Shown here piece after piece: positions 41,968-54,462 of a DNA stretch of 64,000 nucleotides. The notes beneath the pieces are model-generated. The model ran no database searches. It was not told the origin of the DNA and worked only from the letters and a program-made list of their open reading frames with translations. The stretch's first letter is position 1, and each line of letters opens with the position of its first letter. A program made the position numbers and the translations under genes. The stretch comes from an uncultured Chloroflexia bacterium (GTDB taxonomy: Bacteria > Chloroflexota > Anaerolineae > B4-G1 > SLSP01), in contig CAVVUS010000030.1 of NCBI GenBank assembly GCA_963751345.1, positions 224,001 to 288,000 on the forward strand, given 5' to 3'.

Positions 41968-43311
41968 CTACGGATAGACGCGGTTGATGGTCCGGGGGTA
42001 GGGGATGGTCTCGCGGATGTGGTCGATGCCGCAGAGCCAGGTGACGGTGCGCTCGACGCCCAGCCCGAAGCCACTGTGGGGCACGCTGCCGTACCGGCGC
42101 AGGTCGATGTACCAGCGGAAGGCCTCCTCAGGGAGGTTGTGCTCGTGGATGCGCTCGAGCAGCAGGTCGGGATCGGAGATACGCTCGCTGCCCCCGATGA
42201 TCTCGCCATAGCCCTCGGGCGCCAGCAGGTCGACGCTCTTGCAGACTTCGGGGCGGCCGGGCCAGGGCTCCATGTAGAAGGCCTTGGCTACCGTGGGATA
42301 GCCGTAGACGAAGACGGGTTTGTCGAAGAGCTGGGTCAGCTCGGTCTCGTGCGGCGAGCCGAAGTCGTCGCCCCACTCGATGGCGAGCTGTGCCTTGAGT
42401 TCGGGGTCGCCGGTCCGGGCGCGAATCTCGGCCAGTTTGGCCAGGGCATCGTCGTAGGAGATCCGCGGGAAGGGCGGCGTGATCTTCTCCAGGACGGAGA
42501 GGTCGCGCCCCAACGAGAGCAGCTCGGCCCGGCAGTCACGGAGCACCCGCGCGACGATGTGGGAGATGAACTGCTCCTCGATCTCCATCAGCCCGTCGAG
42601 GTCGCAGAAGGCCACCTCGGGCTCCACCATCCAGAACTCGGTCAGGTGGCGCCGGGTCTTGGATTTCTCCGCACGGAAGGTGGGGCCGAAGCAGTAGACC
42701 TTGCCGAAGGCGAAGATGTCGGCCTCGTTGTAGAGCTGGCCGCTCTGCGAGAGGTAGGCCATGCCTTCGTCGAAGTACTCGGTGCCGAAGAGCGTGGTGG
42801 TGCCCTCGCTGGCTGCGGGGGTGAAGATCGGCGTGTCCATGAGCGTGAAGCCGTTGGTGTCCAGCCACTCGCGGATGGCGCTGATCACCGTGGCCCGGAT
42901 CTTGAGGATCGCCCATTGGCTGGGGACGCGGATCCAGAGGTGGCGGTGGTCGAGCAGGAAGTCGACACCGTGCTCCTTGAGCGAGATGGGATACTCGCCT
43001 TCGACGGCCTGGATCGTCTCCAGACCCGTGATCCCGATCTCGTAGCCGCCGGGGATGCCCGGCGCCCGCTTGTCGGCCCGCACGACGCCGGAGATCAGGA
43101 CCGAGGACTCCTGGGGGATGTGGACGATGGTGTCGAAGAGCTCCGGCGGCAGGTCGCGCTCGAACGCGACGCACTGGACGAAGCCGTAGCCGTCGCGGAC
43201 CAGGAGGAAGACCAGCTTCCCCTTATGGGTGCGGTTGTAGACCCACCCCTGGAGGGTGACTTCCTGTCCGTCGTACTCAGCAATCCGATTTGCCTGAATC
43301 ACAGGTGGCAT
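41968..43311 (-). CDS. asnS: Asparagine--tRNA ligase
   Basis: OB fold, YLSQSGQLY, PTFRAEKSKTRRHLTEFWM, EIIGGSER, PHSGFGLGVER. Confidence 0.96.
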   Translation of the reverse strand: MPPVIQANRIAEYDGQEVTLQGWVYNRTHKGKLVFLLVRDGYGFVQCVAFERDLPPELFDTIVHIPQESSVLISGVVRADKRAPGIPGGYEIGITGLETIQAVEGEYPISLKEHGVDFLLDHRHLWIRVPSQWAILKIRATVISAIREWLDTNGFTLMDTPIFTPAASEGTTTLFGTEYFDEGMAYLSQSGQLYNEADIFAFGKVYCFGPTFRAEKSKTRRHLTEFWMVEPEVAFCDLDGLMEIEEQFISHIVARVLRDCRAELLSLGRDLSVLEKITPPFPRISYDDALAKLAEIRARTGDPELKAQLAIEWGDDFGSPHETELTQLFDKPVFVYGYPTVAKAFYMEPWPGRPEVCKSVDLLAPEGYGEIIGGSERISDPDLLLERIHEHNLPEEAFRWYIDLRRYGSVPHSGFGLGVERTVTWLCGIDHIRETIPYPRTINRVYP

Positions 43312-43454
43312 TCCCGGCCTCCTTTGGGACGATGTGAGCCGCAGCGGCTGCCCAGACGGGCCACCACTGGTGCTAAGTTGCGCTGGTTTCCGCGATTTGC
43401 GACCCGGAGCCGGCCCGAGTCGTGAGTGGCTCGTGCGGCATCTCCTCCCAACAG

Positions 43455-43489
43455 GACTCAGATCCTTCGCTGACGCTCAGGCTGACAGC
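43455..43489. repeat. REP-like element (GATCCTTCGCT..CGCTCAG..TGAC type)
   Basis: AGATCCTTCGCTGACGCTCAGGCTGACAG in an intergenic position. Confidence 0.5.
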
Positions 43490-43508
43490 TTTCGGAAACC
43501 AAGTTGGT

Positions 43509-44189
43509 CTAGCCCTCGTCCGGCAGGCCCTCCGGCTCAGGTGTGTGGTTGTGTTGGCTGCGCTTGCGCCAACGGCTGAAGAAGAAATAGACGACCGCCA
43601 ACACGGTCACCACGATCACGACGTTCTGATAGCGATCGATGATGTCCGCGACCAGGTGCCACTGGGAGCCCAGCAGCCGCCCGGCATAGGCCAGCAGGAA
43701 GCTCCAGAGCGCGGTCCCCAACGCGGTGTAGAACGCAAAGGTGCCGATGTTCATGCTCGCGAGACCTGCGGGCACGGAGATCAGGCTCCGGATGATCGGG
43801 ACCATGCGTCCGAAGAAGATGACGTATTCGTCGTAGCGATCGAACCAGGCCAGGGCGATGTCGAGATCGCCCTCCGAGAGCATGAACCACTTGCCGAAGC
43901 GCCGCAGGAGGTAGCGGACGCGGCTCTCGTCAAACCACTTGCCGAGCCCATAGAAGAAGAAGGCACCGGCGACCGAGCCGATGGCGCCCACGATGGTCAC
44001 GCCCAGGAGCGTGAAGCCGCTCGTCTTGTCCAGCGTCAACCAACCGGCGAGGGGCAGCACGACCTCCGAGGGGATGGGAGGGAAGACGTTTTCGAGGAAC
44101 ATCACCAGGCCCAGGCCCGGATAGCCCACCGTGCTGATGATGCTGAGTGCCCATTGGTTGATCGCGTTCAGGATCTGGGATAGATGCAT
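43509..44189 (-). CDS. DedA-family membrane protein
   Basis: FLENVFPPIPSE, FFGRMVPIIRSLISVPAG. Confidence 0.93.
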   Translation of the reverse strand: MHLSQILNAINQWALSIISTVGYPGLGLVMFLENVFPPIPSEVVLPLAGWLTLDKTSGFTLLGVTIVGAIGSVAGAFFFYGLGKWFDESRVRYLLRRFGKWFMLSEGDLDIALAWFDRYDEYVIFFGRMVPIIRSLISVPAGLASMNIGTFAFYTALGTALWSFLLAYAGRLLGSQWHLVADIIDRYQNVVIVVTVLAVVYFFFSRWRKRSQHNHTPEPEGLPDEG

Positions 44190-44286
44190 ACATCTCTCCG
44201 AATCGGGTAGTGTGAGGGGGATTATACCACGGCGTGGGGAGGGGGCAGGTCTTCAGAAGGGAGTCAGGCTTCAGGAAGTCAGGGAG

Positions 44287-45663
44287 TCAGGGGGCGTATC
44301 CCAGTTCTACTCCGTATTCCCGACGTCTGGAAGCTGAGCGCTGAGCGCTGATAGCTCTCCTATACGCCTTCTCGGCGACCGCTGCGAGATCGCTCCACGC
44401 GAAGCGAGCGGCCACGTCGGTCGCGGCCTGCGCCCGCATGCGCGCGAGGCGGTCGGGGTCGGCGAGGAGGGTCAGGACGGCCCGGATGAAGGCCGCGTCG
44501 TCGCCCGGGGGGACGAGCGCGCCGGTCTCGCCGTCGACGATCATCTCGGGGATCTGCCCCACGGCGTCGGCGACCACGGGGACGCCGGCCCCGAGGAGGT
44601 CGAGCAGTTTCACGGGGCACTTGGTGCGGTTGAGCAGGGTATCGTCGAAGGGATAGATGGCGAGGTCGGCGGCGGAGAAGCAGGCGGGGAGGTTGTCCGG
44701 CGTCCCCCAGCCGGCGTAGGCCAGGTCCCAACCGGCGGACGCGGAGGGAGCACTCTCTGCGCACCCCACTCGATGCCGGCAAGGGACCGGCTCCGGCATC
44801 TCGAGGGGGGCGGATCACAGATCCGCCAGGAACCTCATCCAATAGCGCTCCGTTTTCACGAAGGCCGGGATCGCGGGCGCGCCAGCCGGCGTCTTGCGCC
44901 AGCCGGAGGAGCAGTGACTCCTCGCCGGCGAAGCCCTTCCCGACGACGAGAAAGCGGACTTCGGGACGCTGTCCGCGAACGCCGTGCATGATGCGCCAGA
45001 GGCGGTCGAGGCCGAACTCGAAGAACCGCGTGTAGAGGAGGACCGTCGGACGGCCGGCGGCGTGCGGCGGGACGGCAAACGGAAGCGGGCTCACGCCGTT
45101 GGGCAGATAGAAGACCCGCTCGGGCGGCCCTCCCATCGACCACGCCAGCGTCTGCAGCGCGCGGCTCGCGACGGTCACCGCGTCGGCGTGCGCGAGGCCC
45201 CAGCGCTCCTGCCGGGTAAAGAAGGCCTGAAGTGCGCCGAGGATAGTCCCCGACGGCATTCCAGCCACCGGGGCCCTCCCAGTCGTCGGTGTCCACAACC
45301 ACAGGGTAGCGGCGCCTCAGCGCCCGATGGGCGAGGCCGGCGTAGGCTTTGGGCTTGAAGGTATGGACGACGTCGGGCACAAGTTGGCGCGCCCGGCGCA
45401 CGAGGTGCGCCGTCAGACGCCAGTGGAACCAGCCGGGCACGCCGCGAGGGAGCGCCACGTTCTCGATGTGGACGCCCTCCTCCTCCCACGTGCGTCCGGC
45501 GTCCTCGGGGTTCTGCCACGGCGGGAGCAGCATCGTGACTTGGTGCCCACGCGCCGCGAGCGCGGTGGCCAACGGCAGGGCGCGCATGCGCATCGTCATC
45601 CGCGGGCGCATGCCAAAGGGGCCGATCATGACGACCCGCAGGGCCGCGGGAGAAAGGGTCACG
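44287..45663 (-). CDS. GT4 glycosyltransferase, several frameshifts
   Basis: RVVMIGPFG, VVHTFKPK, VDTDDWEG, ADLAIYP...KCPVKL...AGVPVVA. Confidence 0.85.
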
Positions 45664-45759
45664 TGGGGGGGCTCGGCTCCGGAGGTGCCGCCGCAGACGG
45701 CGATACCTCTGGAGCTTGGCAGTCCGCCGCTGCGCGGCGGACTGCTGCTGCTATGGTTA

Positions 45760-46415
45760 TCCGCAGACTGCCGGGCGTCTGCGGCCGCCCGATCCGCCAC
45801 CGGCCGGAAGCTTCGGCGGTGGATGGCGCAGATGCCCAGACGGTCAAGGGCCTCCTGATGCTGCGCCGTGCCGTAGCCCTTGTGCTGTGCAAAACCATAG
45901 CCGGGGAAGCGCTGCTCGGCGGTCGCCACCATCCAGCGGTCGCGCGTCACCTTCGCGACGATCCCCGCGGCGGCGACGGTGAGCGAGGTCGCGTCGGCGC
46001 GGGGAAAGGCGTTCTGCGGCAGGTCCACCTGGGGCAGCCTCAACGCGTCCAGGATCAGGGCCTGGGGACGGATGGCCAGTGCAGCGAGCGCCCGCCGCAT
46101 CGCCAGCCGGGTCGCGGGCACGATCCCGAGCGCGTCGATCTCCGCAGCGGTGGCAAAGGCGGCGCCTGTCGCAAGCGCGGTCTGTGCGATCCGGTCGAAG
46201 CAGCGCTCGCGCTGCCGCAGGCTCAAGGTCTTGGAGTCGCGCACGCCCTCCAGGTCCGCCAGGCGCGCGGGGTCCCGCGGGAGCACGACGGCGGCGGCGC
46301 AGACCGGGCCGGCCCACGGCCCGCGTCCCGCCTCATCCAGGCCGGCGACGACCGACAGACCCGCGCGCCAGAAAGCTTCCTCGGCAGCGGTGGTGGGGAT
46401 CGGGTAAGCATTCAT
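45760..46415 (-). CDS. rnhB: Ribonuclease HII (3' end uncertain)
   Basis: AGLDEAGRGPWAGPV, RDSK, AAAGIVAKVTRD, HKGYGT, HRRSF. Confidence 0.93.
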
Positions 46416-46633
46416 ACGGTCACGTATTGTGCCACGGACGTGCGGATTGCCAATTGGGGGCGGGGGGGATGGGGCACAAGTGCCGGGGACCCCGCGCCGC
46501 AGACGGCGCGGAAGGATCCCCGGCACCGGAGAGGGGGGATGGGCATTGAGAAGGTTGCGTTTCACCTGGAGTTGTTTATACTGTTTGTATACCTTTTCCA
46601 GCACCTCGGGAGGGGAAGGAGCGGGAGGCCACC

Positions 46634-47960
46634 ATGGAGTTTCTTGACGATCTGCGCAATCAGCACGGTTCCAAACCCCAGCCAGAGGACGACAAACCTG
46701 ACACAAAGGCCTCAGATACCCAAGCTCCCGCAGACGAGGACGCCTGGGGCGATCTGCTGGCCGGCGTGAAGTTTGAGGAACCGACTGAGACGTCACCGGC
46801 CATCAAGGGCCAAGGGCGCGGAGGCCGACGACGGCTCAACGGGGGGCAACGGATCCTCCTGGGGATCCTGGCCGTGGCAGTGCTCGTGCTCTGGGGCGTC
46901 GTGATCGTGGCGATGACGGGGGGGCTGCCCGCCTCGGTCGCCGGATTGATATCAGCCCCAGGTGCGACACCCACCGTCCGCCGTCTCCCCGGCAGATGCC
47001 ACGCCCATCGCTGCGGAGAGCGAAGCGCCTACACCGGCCGCCGTCGCGGGAACGACCGGGGACGATGCAACGCCGGCGCCACCGACGGCGACCGCCACCG
47101 CCATACCCGCCGGTCCCGTCGCGACGGCCTTTGACGAGCGGCTGCGACAGGATCCCACCAACGTCGACCTGTACCTCCAGCGAGGATACGAGTTTCTGGG
47201 TCTCGGAGCGCTCGACGCCGCCGCCGATGACTTCGAGCGGGGCATAGCGTTGGATGCGGAGCGCGCCGAGGCCTATGAGGGGCTGGGCTGGGCCCGCTAC
47301 GACCAATTCCGCTGGCAGGACGCGGAGGACGCCTTTGGGTCTGCCCTCTCCTTCAATGAGGATCTGCCCACGCCACACTTCGGCCTGGGGTTGATGGCTT
47401 ATTATCGGGGAGACTACAAGACTGCCGCCAAAGCATTCGATTGGGCCGCAGAGCTCGATCGGCAGCACGCGGAATATGAGGCCTGGCTGGCCATCGCCTC
47501 GGCCCGCCTCGGGGACGAGCAAGAGGCCCTGGGTGCCGTCGCGCGGGCGATCAGCCTTACCGAGCAACTCAACATCGTCTACGTCGCCCAATCCTGGACA
47601 CGCGTCATCGAGGAGCCACCCGACATCGACGGGGCGCAGGGCGACCTGCTCTATGCCCAGGATCTGGAGCCTAACAATTTCCTAACCCTCAATGCCATCG
47701 CTCAGTTCTATCTCCAGTTCCGACCGGAGCGACTCAGCGAGGCCGAGCAGTTGGCGACTTATGCCCTAAACTGGGCAGCCAACGACGTAGAGAAAGCGGT
47801 CGCCCTCCAGACGCTGGGCGAGGTCTATCTGGCACAGAGCCGGATGGGGGACGCGCAGCGGATGCTGGCGGAGGCCGCCGACCTGGCCTCCCAAGATGGG
47901 GAGATCGCCCTGGCGGGGCTGGCGGAGGATCTGGCGCGGGCGGGCGGGGAGATTCCATAG
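46634..47960 (+). CDS. Membrane-anchored TPR protein, frameshift near 46975
   Basis: Acidic N-terminus, one TM, Pro/Thr/Ala linker, tandem TPR helices. Confidence 0.8.
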
Positions 47961-48037
47961 GGTAACTCGCATCCGCCGTCGGAAGCGCAACGTCTCCGGA
48001 CGCAGGGGTTTCTACGTCCGAAGTGTACCTTCCGCCG

Positions 48038-48066
48038 CAGAAGACGCCCCACCGGGGCGTCTCTAC
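48038..48066. repeat. GTAG REP, same family as 38170-38199
   Basis: CAGAAGACGCCCCACCGGGGCGTCTCTAC between convergent genes. Confidence 0.7.
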
Positions 48067-48096
48067 GAAGATTGCAGACCCGCTGAGGGAACCCCC

Positions 48097-51036
48097 TCAA
48101 TCCGCTGCGGCTTCCGCCTTCTCTCCCTGGAGCCAGTGCTTCAGGTACTGCCCCGTGTAGGATCGTTCGTTTTGCGCGATCAATTCCGGCGGACCCTCTG
48201 CGATGAGCTCGCCCCCTGCATCGCCACCCTCGGGCCCCAGATCGATGATCCAGTCCGAGACCTTGACGACGTCGGGGTTGTGCTCGATCACGATCACCGT
48301 ATTGCCGGTGTCGGCCAGCCGCTGGAGGACCTCGATCAACTTATCGACGTCGGCCGCGTGCAGCCCCACCGTGGGCTCGTCGAGCAGGTAGAGCGTCTTG
48401 CCGGTCGGGCGCTTGGAGAGCTCCCGCGCCAGCTTGACACGCTGCGCCTCGCCGCCGGAGAGCGTGGGCGCCGGCTGTCCCAGCCGGATGTAGCCCAGGC
48501 CGACGTCGTAGAGGGTCTGCAGCCGACGCGTGATGTTGGGCACGGACGCGAAGAACTCCAGCGCCTCGGTCACGGTCATGTCCAGGATCTCGGCAATGTT
48601 GAGACCCTTATAGCGGACCTGCAGGGTCTCGCGGTTGTAGCGCTGCCCGTGACAGACGTCACACGGGACGTACACCTCGGGCAAGAACTGCATCTCGATC
48701 CTCAGCTCCCCCTGCCCGCCACACGCCTCACAGCGACCGCCCTTGACGTTGAATGAGAACCGCCCCCGATTGTACCCGCGGATCTTGGACTCGGGCAGCT
48801 TGGCAAAGATATCCCGAATCGGGCCGAAGATGCCGGTATAGGTCGCGGGGTTCGAGCGCGGGGTGCGGCCGATCGGCGACTGATCGATATTGATCACCTT
48901 GTCGATGTAGTCGTGGCCCTCGATCGCGTCGCACTCTCCGGCGGGCTCGCGGGAACCATTGAGGATCTGCGCCAGCCGCTGATAGAGCGTCTCGACCATC
49001 AAGGTGCTCTTGCCCGAGCCCGACACACCGGTCACGCAGACGAAGAGCCCCAGCGGCAGGCGGACGTCGATGTTCTTCAGATTGTTGGCCCGCGCCCCCC
49101 GAATCACCAGGGCCTTGCCGTTGCCCTTGCGGCGCTCAGCCGGCACCGGAATCGACTTGCGCCCGGAGAGATAGGCGCCCGTGTGGGAGGTCGGATGGTT
49201 GAGGATCACGTCGAGCGGTCCGGAGACGACGACCTCGCCACCGTGCTCACCGGCCCCCGGGCCAAGATCGACGATCCAATCCGCTGCGCGGATCGTCTCC
49301 TCATCGTGCTCGACGACGAGGACCGTATTGCCCAGGTCCCGCATCTCCTTGAGCGTCCGAATCAGCCGCGCGGTATCACGCTGATGCAGGCCAACGCTCG
49401 GCTCGTCCAGCACGTAGAGCACGCCGGTCAATCGCGAGCCGACCTGGGTCGCCAGCCGGATCCGCTGCGCCTCGCCCCCGGAGAGGGTGCCCGCGGCTCG
49501 ACTCAGGCTCAGGTAATCCAGTCCCACGTTGACCAGGAAGGTCAACCGGTTGCGGATTTCCTTCAGCGCCCGCTCGGAAATCGCGTATTCCTTGGCACTC
49601 AAGAGCGGCGTCGTCTCCGGCGTGGGGTCCTCGCGGCTGTCGATCAACAGATCCATCCACGCCTGCAGCCGCGCCACGGGCCAGCGGGTCAGCTCGTCGA
49701 CCGGCTTCTCGGCCACGGTCACGGCGCGCGCCACGTCGTTGAGCCGCGTGCCCTGGCATGCCTTGCACGGCGTCTGGCTCATCACCTCCTCAATCTTGGC
49801 GCGCACGTAGTCCGAGGAGCTCTCATCGTAGCGGCGCTGGAGGCTCGGGATCACGCCATCGAAGCGGCGGAGGCCCGACCAGACGCCCCGGTTCGTCTCA
49901 TAGGAGAGGGGGATCTGCTCGCGCCCGGTGCCGTAGAGAATGATGTGCTGCTGGGCCTCGCTCAACTCGCCCCAGGGCTTATCCATCGCGATGCCGTAGT
50001 GCTCGGCCACGCCTTTCAGGACCTGCCAGGAAGCGCTATCGTGATCGTCGGTCATCCCGTAGGCAATCGCGTCATCCTTCAGCGAGTGCAGCTCATTGGG
50101 CACGATCAAGGCCGGGTCCAGCTCAAGCTTGAACCCCAACCCCTCGCAGACGGGGCAGGCGCCGTGCGGGCTGTTGAAGGAGAAGGAGCGTGGCTCGATC
50201 TCGGGGATGCTGATGTTGCACACGGGGCACGAGAGCCGCTCGGAGAAGAGCACGTCGCCCTCGGGCTGCGCTGCGGCATCCGGCGAGCGCACGATGTTCA
50301 CGATCATGACGCCGTCGCCCAGACGCAGGGAGGTCTCGACCGAGTCCGTGACCCGGCTCACGAAGTCAGAGTAGAGCTCTCCCCCTACCTCAGCAGGGCC
50401 CGGCACCACCAGACGGTCCACGACCGCCTCAATGTCGTGCAGCTTGTAGCGATCGAGCTCGGGCACATCCTCCAGATCGAAGACCTCGCCGTCGACGCGC
50501 ACCCGCACGAAACCCAACTTGCGGGCCTCCTCGAAGATGGGGCGATGGTGGCCCTTCCGCGTCCGGACCAGCGGCGCCAATACCTGCAGCCGGGTGGCGG
50601 CGGGCATCGCCAGGATGGCATCCACGATCTCCTGGGCGCTCTGCTGGGTCACCGGGCGGCCGCAGTTGGGACAGTGGGGGATGCCGATCCGCGCGTAGAT
50701 AAGGCGCAGATAGTCGTAGATCTCGGTGACGGTGCCGACAGTCGAGCGGGGGTTGTGGGAGACGCCCTTCTGGTCGATGGCGATGGCCGGGCTGAGCCCC
50801 TCGATGAGCTCGACGTCGGGCTTGTTCATCTGTCCGAGGAACTGACGCGCGTAGGCGCTCAGGGATTCGATGTAGCGGCGCTGACCCTCGGCGAAGATTG
50901 TGTCGAATGCCAGGGACGACTTCCCCGACCCCGACAAGCCGGTGATGACCACGAGCTTATTCTTCGGGATCTCTACATTGATATTCTTCAGATTATGTTC
51001 CCGCGCCCCGCGGATAATCAGTTCGTCACTCGCCAT
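48097..51036 (-). CDS. uvrA: Excinuclease ABC subunit A
   Basis: [31 protein letters not shown] twice, zinc fingers. Confidence 0.98.
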   Translation of the reverse strand: MASDELIIRGAREHNLKNINVEIPKNKLVVITGLSGSGKSSLAFDTIFAEGQRRYIESLSAYARQFLGQMNKPDVELIEGLSPAIAIDQKGVSHNPRSTVGTVTEIYDYLRLIYARIGIPHCPNCGRPVTQQSAQEIVDAILAMPAATRLQVLAPLVRTRKGHHRPIFEEARKLGFVRVRVDGEVFDLEDVPELDRYKLHDIEAVVDRLVVPGPAEVGGELYSDFVSRVTDSVETSLRLGDGVMIVNIVRSPDAAAQPEGDVLFSERLSCPVCNISIPEIEPRSFSFNSPHGACPVCEGLGFKLELDPALIVPNELHSLKDDAIAYGMTDDHDSASWQVLKGVAEHYGIAMDKPWGELSEAQQHIILYGTGREQIPLSYETNRGVWSGLRRFDGVIPSLQRRYDESSSDYVRAKIEEVMSQTPCKACQGTRLNDVARAVTVAEKPVDELTRWPVARLQAWMDLLIDSREDPTPETTPLLSAKEYAISERALKEIRNRLTFLVNVGLDYLSLSRAAGTLSGGEAQRIRLATQVGSRLTGVLYVLDEPSVGLHQRDTARLIRTLKEMRDLGNTVLVVEHDEETIRAADWIVDLGPGAGEHGGEVVVSGPLDVILNHPTSHTGAYLSGRKSIPVPAERRKGNGKALVIRGARANNLKNIDVRLPLGLFVCVTGVSGSGKSTLMVETLYQRLAQILNGSREPAGECDAIEGHDYIDKVINIDQSPIGRTPRSNPATYTGIFGPIRDIFAKLPESKIRGYNRGRFSFNVKGGRCEACGGQGELRIEMQFLPEVYVPCDVCHGQRYNRETLQVRYKGLNIAEILDMTVTEALEFFASVPNITRRLQTLYDVGLGYIRLGQPAPTLSGGEAQRVKLARELSKRPTGKTLYLLDEPTVGLHAADVDKLIEVLQRLADTGNTVIVIEHNPDVVKVSDWIIDLGPEGGDAGGELIAEGPPELIAQNERSYTGQYLKHWLQGEKAEAAAD

Positions 51037-51076
51037 ACTCCCCCCTATGCGCCCCTATACACCAGACTGCAACCCT

Positions 51077-51119
51077 GTATTATAGCATGGTTTTGGCCCC
51101 TCACTAGGTACAAATGTTC
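51077..51119 (-). promoter_or_regulatory. uvrA promoter with LexA (SOS) box
   Basis: Extended -10 TGCTATAAT; GAAC-ATTT-GTAC at 51108-51119 matches the GAAC-N4-GTTC type. Confidence 0.78.
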
Positions 51120-51173
51120 TATTCGAACAGTGAGAGGCGATCGTGATGGACGATCATGGCATAAGGCCAAGCG

Positions 51174-51201
51174 TTGACTTGCCCTTCCTTCATGGTATCA
51201 T
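51174..51201 (+). promoter_or_regulatory. hrcA operon promoter
   Basis: TTGACT-N16-TATCAT with TG extension. Confidence 0.65.
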
Positions 51202-51216
51202 TCTTTAAGAAGGTCT

Positions 51217-51243
51217 TTAGCACTCTTAATTCGAGAGTGCTAA
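51217..51243 (+). promoter_or_regulatory. CIRCE operator
   Basis: Perfect TTAGCACTC-N9-GAGTGCTAA. Confidence 0.97.
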
Positions 51244-51391
51244 TCTTCGCAGGGACCGGTCTTTCCTCGTGGTTTGCCCCTATTTTGTGGGCCATGGCGC
51301 GCGGGGAGGAGCGGCCGGGACGGTGACGGTGCGCGCACGATTCGCGAGTAAAATACGGATGGTTACTTGGTACCGGTAGGGTGAGATAGAA

Positions 51392-52504
51392 ATGGTAGAC
51401 CAGCAACAGCTTTCGCCGCGACAAGAGATGCTGCTCCGACTGATCGTCAAGGAGTATGTGGAGACGGCCGGCACGGTCGCGTCACGGACGCTTGTCGAGC
51501 ACTACGATCTGGGAGTCAGCCCGGCAACGGTGCGCAACGATATGGCGCGCCTCGAGGACCTCGGCTACCTACTCCAACCCCATACCTCGGCGGGTCGCGT
51601 CCCCACAGATCAGGGCTTTCGTTACTTCGTCGAGCGCCTGATGGAGGAACGATCTCTGCCGCAGACCGAACAGCGCACGATCGCCCACCAATTCTACCAG
51701 GCGCGCGACCACATTGAAGAGTGGATGCCGCTGGCCTCTTCCGTGCTCGCCAAGGCGGCGCAGGCGGCCGCGATTCTGACGGCCCCCAGGACGACGGGCT
51801 CGATCTTCAAGCACCTCGAATTGATCGCCACGCACGGGCGCGCGGTGCTTCTCATCCTGGTGATGGAGGGCGGCACCATCGAACAAGAGATGCTCGTCGT
51901 CTCTGAGCCGATGACACAGGCAGCCCTGCGCGACGTGGCCGACCGGCTGAACCAGATCTGTGCCGGATTGGATGTAGCAAAGATCAAGACACGCATGCGC
52001 GAATTCGCACCGTTGGAGACGGACATCGCACGCGTGGTGCTGACCATGATGGCCGACGCGGACGGGGAAGCATCCAGCGAGGTCTACTATTACGGTTTGT
52101 CTGAACTGCTGCAAGCGCCGGAATTCGCGGTCGCCGAGGATGCCTCGACGTCGTTGGTCCGCGTGCTGGAGGAACAGAGTTTGCTCCACGCCGTTTTGTC
52201 CGAAACGCTCACGCCGTCGGTCGGTATCGGCAGCGTGCGGGTGCTGATCGGGGGAGAGGGTCGGTGGGACGAGCTGCGCACCTGCAGCGTCGTGCTGGCA
52301 CGCTACGGCGTCGCCGACTACGCCACCGGGGCCCTCGGCGTTGTGGGACCTATTCGGATGCATTACGGGCGTGCAATTTCTGCCGTTCGCTTCGTCGCGA
52401 GCGTGCTGGGTGACTTGGTCTACGACATCTATCAGCCGGACCTGCCGACCGATTACAAAGTGAGGTCGGCGGATGCGGCCAGGTCCACGTCGGACCGATC
52501 ATGA
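51392..52504 (+). CDS. hrcA: Heat-inducible transcription repressor
   Basis: SPATVRNDM, QPHTSAGRVPT, GVVGPIRMHY; CIRCE upstream. Confidence 0.96.
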   Translation: MVDQQQLSPRQEMLLRLIVKEYVETAGTVASRTLVEHYDLGVSPATVRNDMARLEDLGYLLQPHTSAGRVPTDQGFRYFVERLMEERSLPQTEQRTIAHQFYQARDHIEEWMPLASSVLAKAAQAAAILTAPRTTGSIFKHLELIATHGRAVLLILVMEGGTIEQEMLVVSEPMTQAALRDVADRLNQICAGLDVAKIKTRMREFAPLETDIARVVLTMMADADGEASSEVYYYGLSELLQAPEFAVAEDASTSLVRVLEEQSLLHAVLSETLTPSVGIGSVRVLIGGEGRWDELRTCSVVLARYGVADYATGALGVVGPIRMHYGRAISAVRFVASVLGDLVYDIYQPDLPTDYKVRSADAARSTSDRS

Positions 52505-52577
52505 GACGTCGCTTGTGCCAAGACCTCCCGCGTATATGACTTCATTGATCAAGGCACTATTTGGAGGCAGAAGGAAG

Positions 52578-53286
52578 ATGACGGAAGAGGAACTCAAGGA
52601 GACGCAGCCTGAAGCCGAGGGCGCTCAGGCGTCGTTGTCGGAGCCTGCAGAGGGGCTGCCGGAAGAAGAAGCGGCGGAGGCTATGGAGGCCGAAGCCGAG
52701 GATGACCTGAAGGCACTGGCGGACGAGCTGGCAGAGGCCGAAACCACTCGCCGAGGCCGAGAAAAAAGCTGCCGAATACCTCGACGGATGGCAGCGCGCC
52801 CAAGCCGCCTTCGCCAATTTTCGAAAGCGGACGGAGGCCGAGCAGACCCACTGGCGCAGCACGGCCAATGCACAGCTCCTGTCGAGACTTCTGCCCGTCG
52901 TCGAAGATTTCAAGCGTGCGTTTGAGGCTATCCCGGACGCCGACAAAGACGACCCCTGGCTGGAGGGCGTTCGCCTGGTGCAGCGGAAGCTCAAGGCAAT
53001 TCTCGACTCGGAAAGCGTCACCCCGATTGAGTTGAGCCCTGGCGACGCCTTCGACCCCAACATTCACGAGGCTGTGCTTTATCAAGAAGTAGAGGGCTTC
53101 GGAGAGGGTGAAGTGGTCGCCGAAGTCGAGACGGGTTATATGCTGGGCAACCGTGTATTGCGGCCAAGTCTGGTCGTGGTTGCGAAAGGGCCCGCGGAAC
53201 CTGCGTCGCCGGCAGAGCCTCCGGCACAGCAGGAAGAGGAGACCGAGGAAAGTACAGAGGCGGCCTCGCCGACCGCGGAGGCATAG
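52578..53286 (+). CDS. grpE: Nucleotide exchange factor GrpE, frameshift near 52745
   Basis: QRAQAAFANFRKR, LLPVVEDF, FDPNIHEA, GYMLGNRVLRPSLV. Confidence 0.92.
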
Positions 53287-53327
53287 CCCTCCGTCCGGAT
53301 AATGATTGAGGGTTACACGGAGCGAAG

Positions 53328-54452
53328 ATGAGTCAAGATTATTACAGCCTCCTGGGTGTATCGCGCGATGCCAGTCCGGAAGACATCAAGAAGGCCTATC
53401 GTCTGATGGCACGCAAGTATCACCCCGATGTCAACTCGGAGCCGGACGCCGAAGAGCGATTCAAGGAAGTGAATGCCGCTTATGAGGTCCTCTCGGATGC
53501 CGATAAGCGGGCAATGTACGATCGCTATGGGACCGACGTCCCCCCCGGTATGGGAGGATACGACTTCGGCGGCATACGGGATCCGTTCGACATTTTCGCC
53601 GAGGTTTTCGGAAACCTGGGCGGGTTTGGTGGTTTCGGGCGAACCGGGAGGGGTGGCCCTCAACGCGGAAACGATCTCCGCACCGAGCTGGAGATCACCT
53701 TCAGGGAGGCCGCGTTTGGCGCCGACAAGGAAGTGGAGGTCCGCCGCCAGGAGCTGTGCAGCGTATGCGGTGGCTCGGGCGCGGAACCCGGTACGTCGCC
53801 TGAAACCTGCCCCGAGTGCAAGGGGTCGGGACAGACGCGCCAGGTCCAGCACACACTGCTGGGTTCGTTCGTCAACATCACCACGTGCCCGCGATGCCTG
53901 GGCAGGGGCACCGTCGTCAAGACGCCCTGTCACGAGTGCCGGGGGTCCGGGCGGACTTACCAGACGCGACAACTCCAGGTCGCTATCCCCGCAGGTGTGG
54001 ATGATGGGGTCACCATTCGCGTCTCCGGACAGGGGGAGCCGGGCGAGCTCAACGGGCCCAACGGGAACCTCTATATCACGCTCAACGTCACGCCCGACGA
54101 CTACTTCAAGCGCCGGGGGAATGACATCATCCTGGAGTTGAAGGTCAACGTCGCGCAGGCGGCGTTGGGTGACAGCGTCACCGTGCCCACACTGGACGGT
54201 GACAGGCAGATCACGATTCCCGCGGGCACGCAGTCGGGCGCCATTTTCCGCCTGCGCGGCCTGGGCATTCCGCAGTTGCGCGGGAGTGGGCGCGGGGACG
54301 AGTTGATCGTCACCCAGGTCGCCATCCCCAAGCATCTGACCGAGGAGCAGAAAGAGCTCTTCCAGCAGCTTGGGTCGACGCTTGGGACGGAGGTCATCGT
54401 CGAGGACAAACAGAGCTTTGTGGACCGCGTGAGGGAAGCCTTAGGCCTGTGA
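53328..54452 (+). CDS. dnaJ: Chaperone DnaJ
   Basis: J domain with HPD, G/F region, 4 x CxxCxGxG. Confidence 0.97.
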   Translation: MSQDYYSLLGVSRDASPEDIKKAYRLMARKYHPDVNSEPDAEERFKEVNAAYEVLSDADKRAMYDRYGTDVPPGMGGYDFGGIRDPFDIFAEVFGNLGGFGGFGRTGRGGPQRGNDLRTELEITFREAAFGADKEVEVRRQELCSVCGGSGAEPGTSPETCPECKGSGQTRQVQHTLLGSFVNITTCPRCLGRGTVVKTPCHECRGSGRTYQTRQLQVAIPAGVDDGVTIRVSGQGEPGELNGPNGNLYITLNVTPDDYFKRRGNDIILELKVNVAQAALGDSVTVPTLDGDRQITIPAGTQSGAIFRLRGLGIPQLRGSGRGDELIVTQVAIPKHLTEEQKELFQQLGSTLGTEVIVEDKQSFVDRVREALGL

Positions 54453-54462
54453 GTTATCGTCT

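Noticed and set aside
44856-46796. RNase HII-glycosyltransferase fusion ORF
   Set aside because: The apparent linker contains an intergenic-type palindrome (CAGTCCGCCG..CGGCGGACTG) and the assembly has many indels. Most likely two genes with a lost stop.
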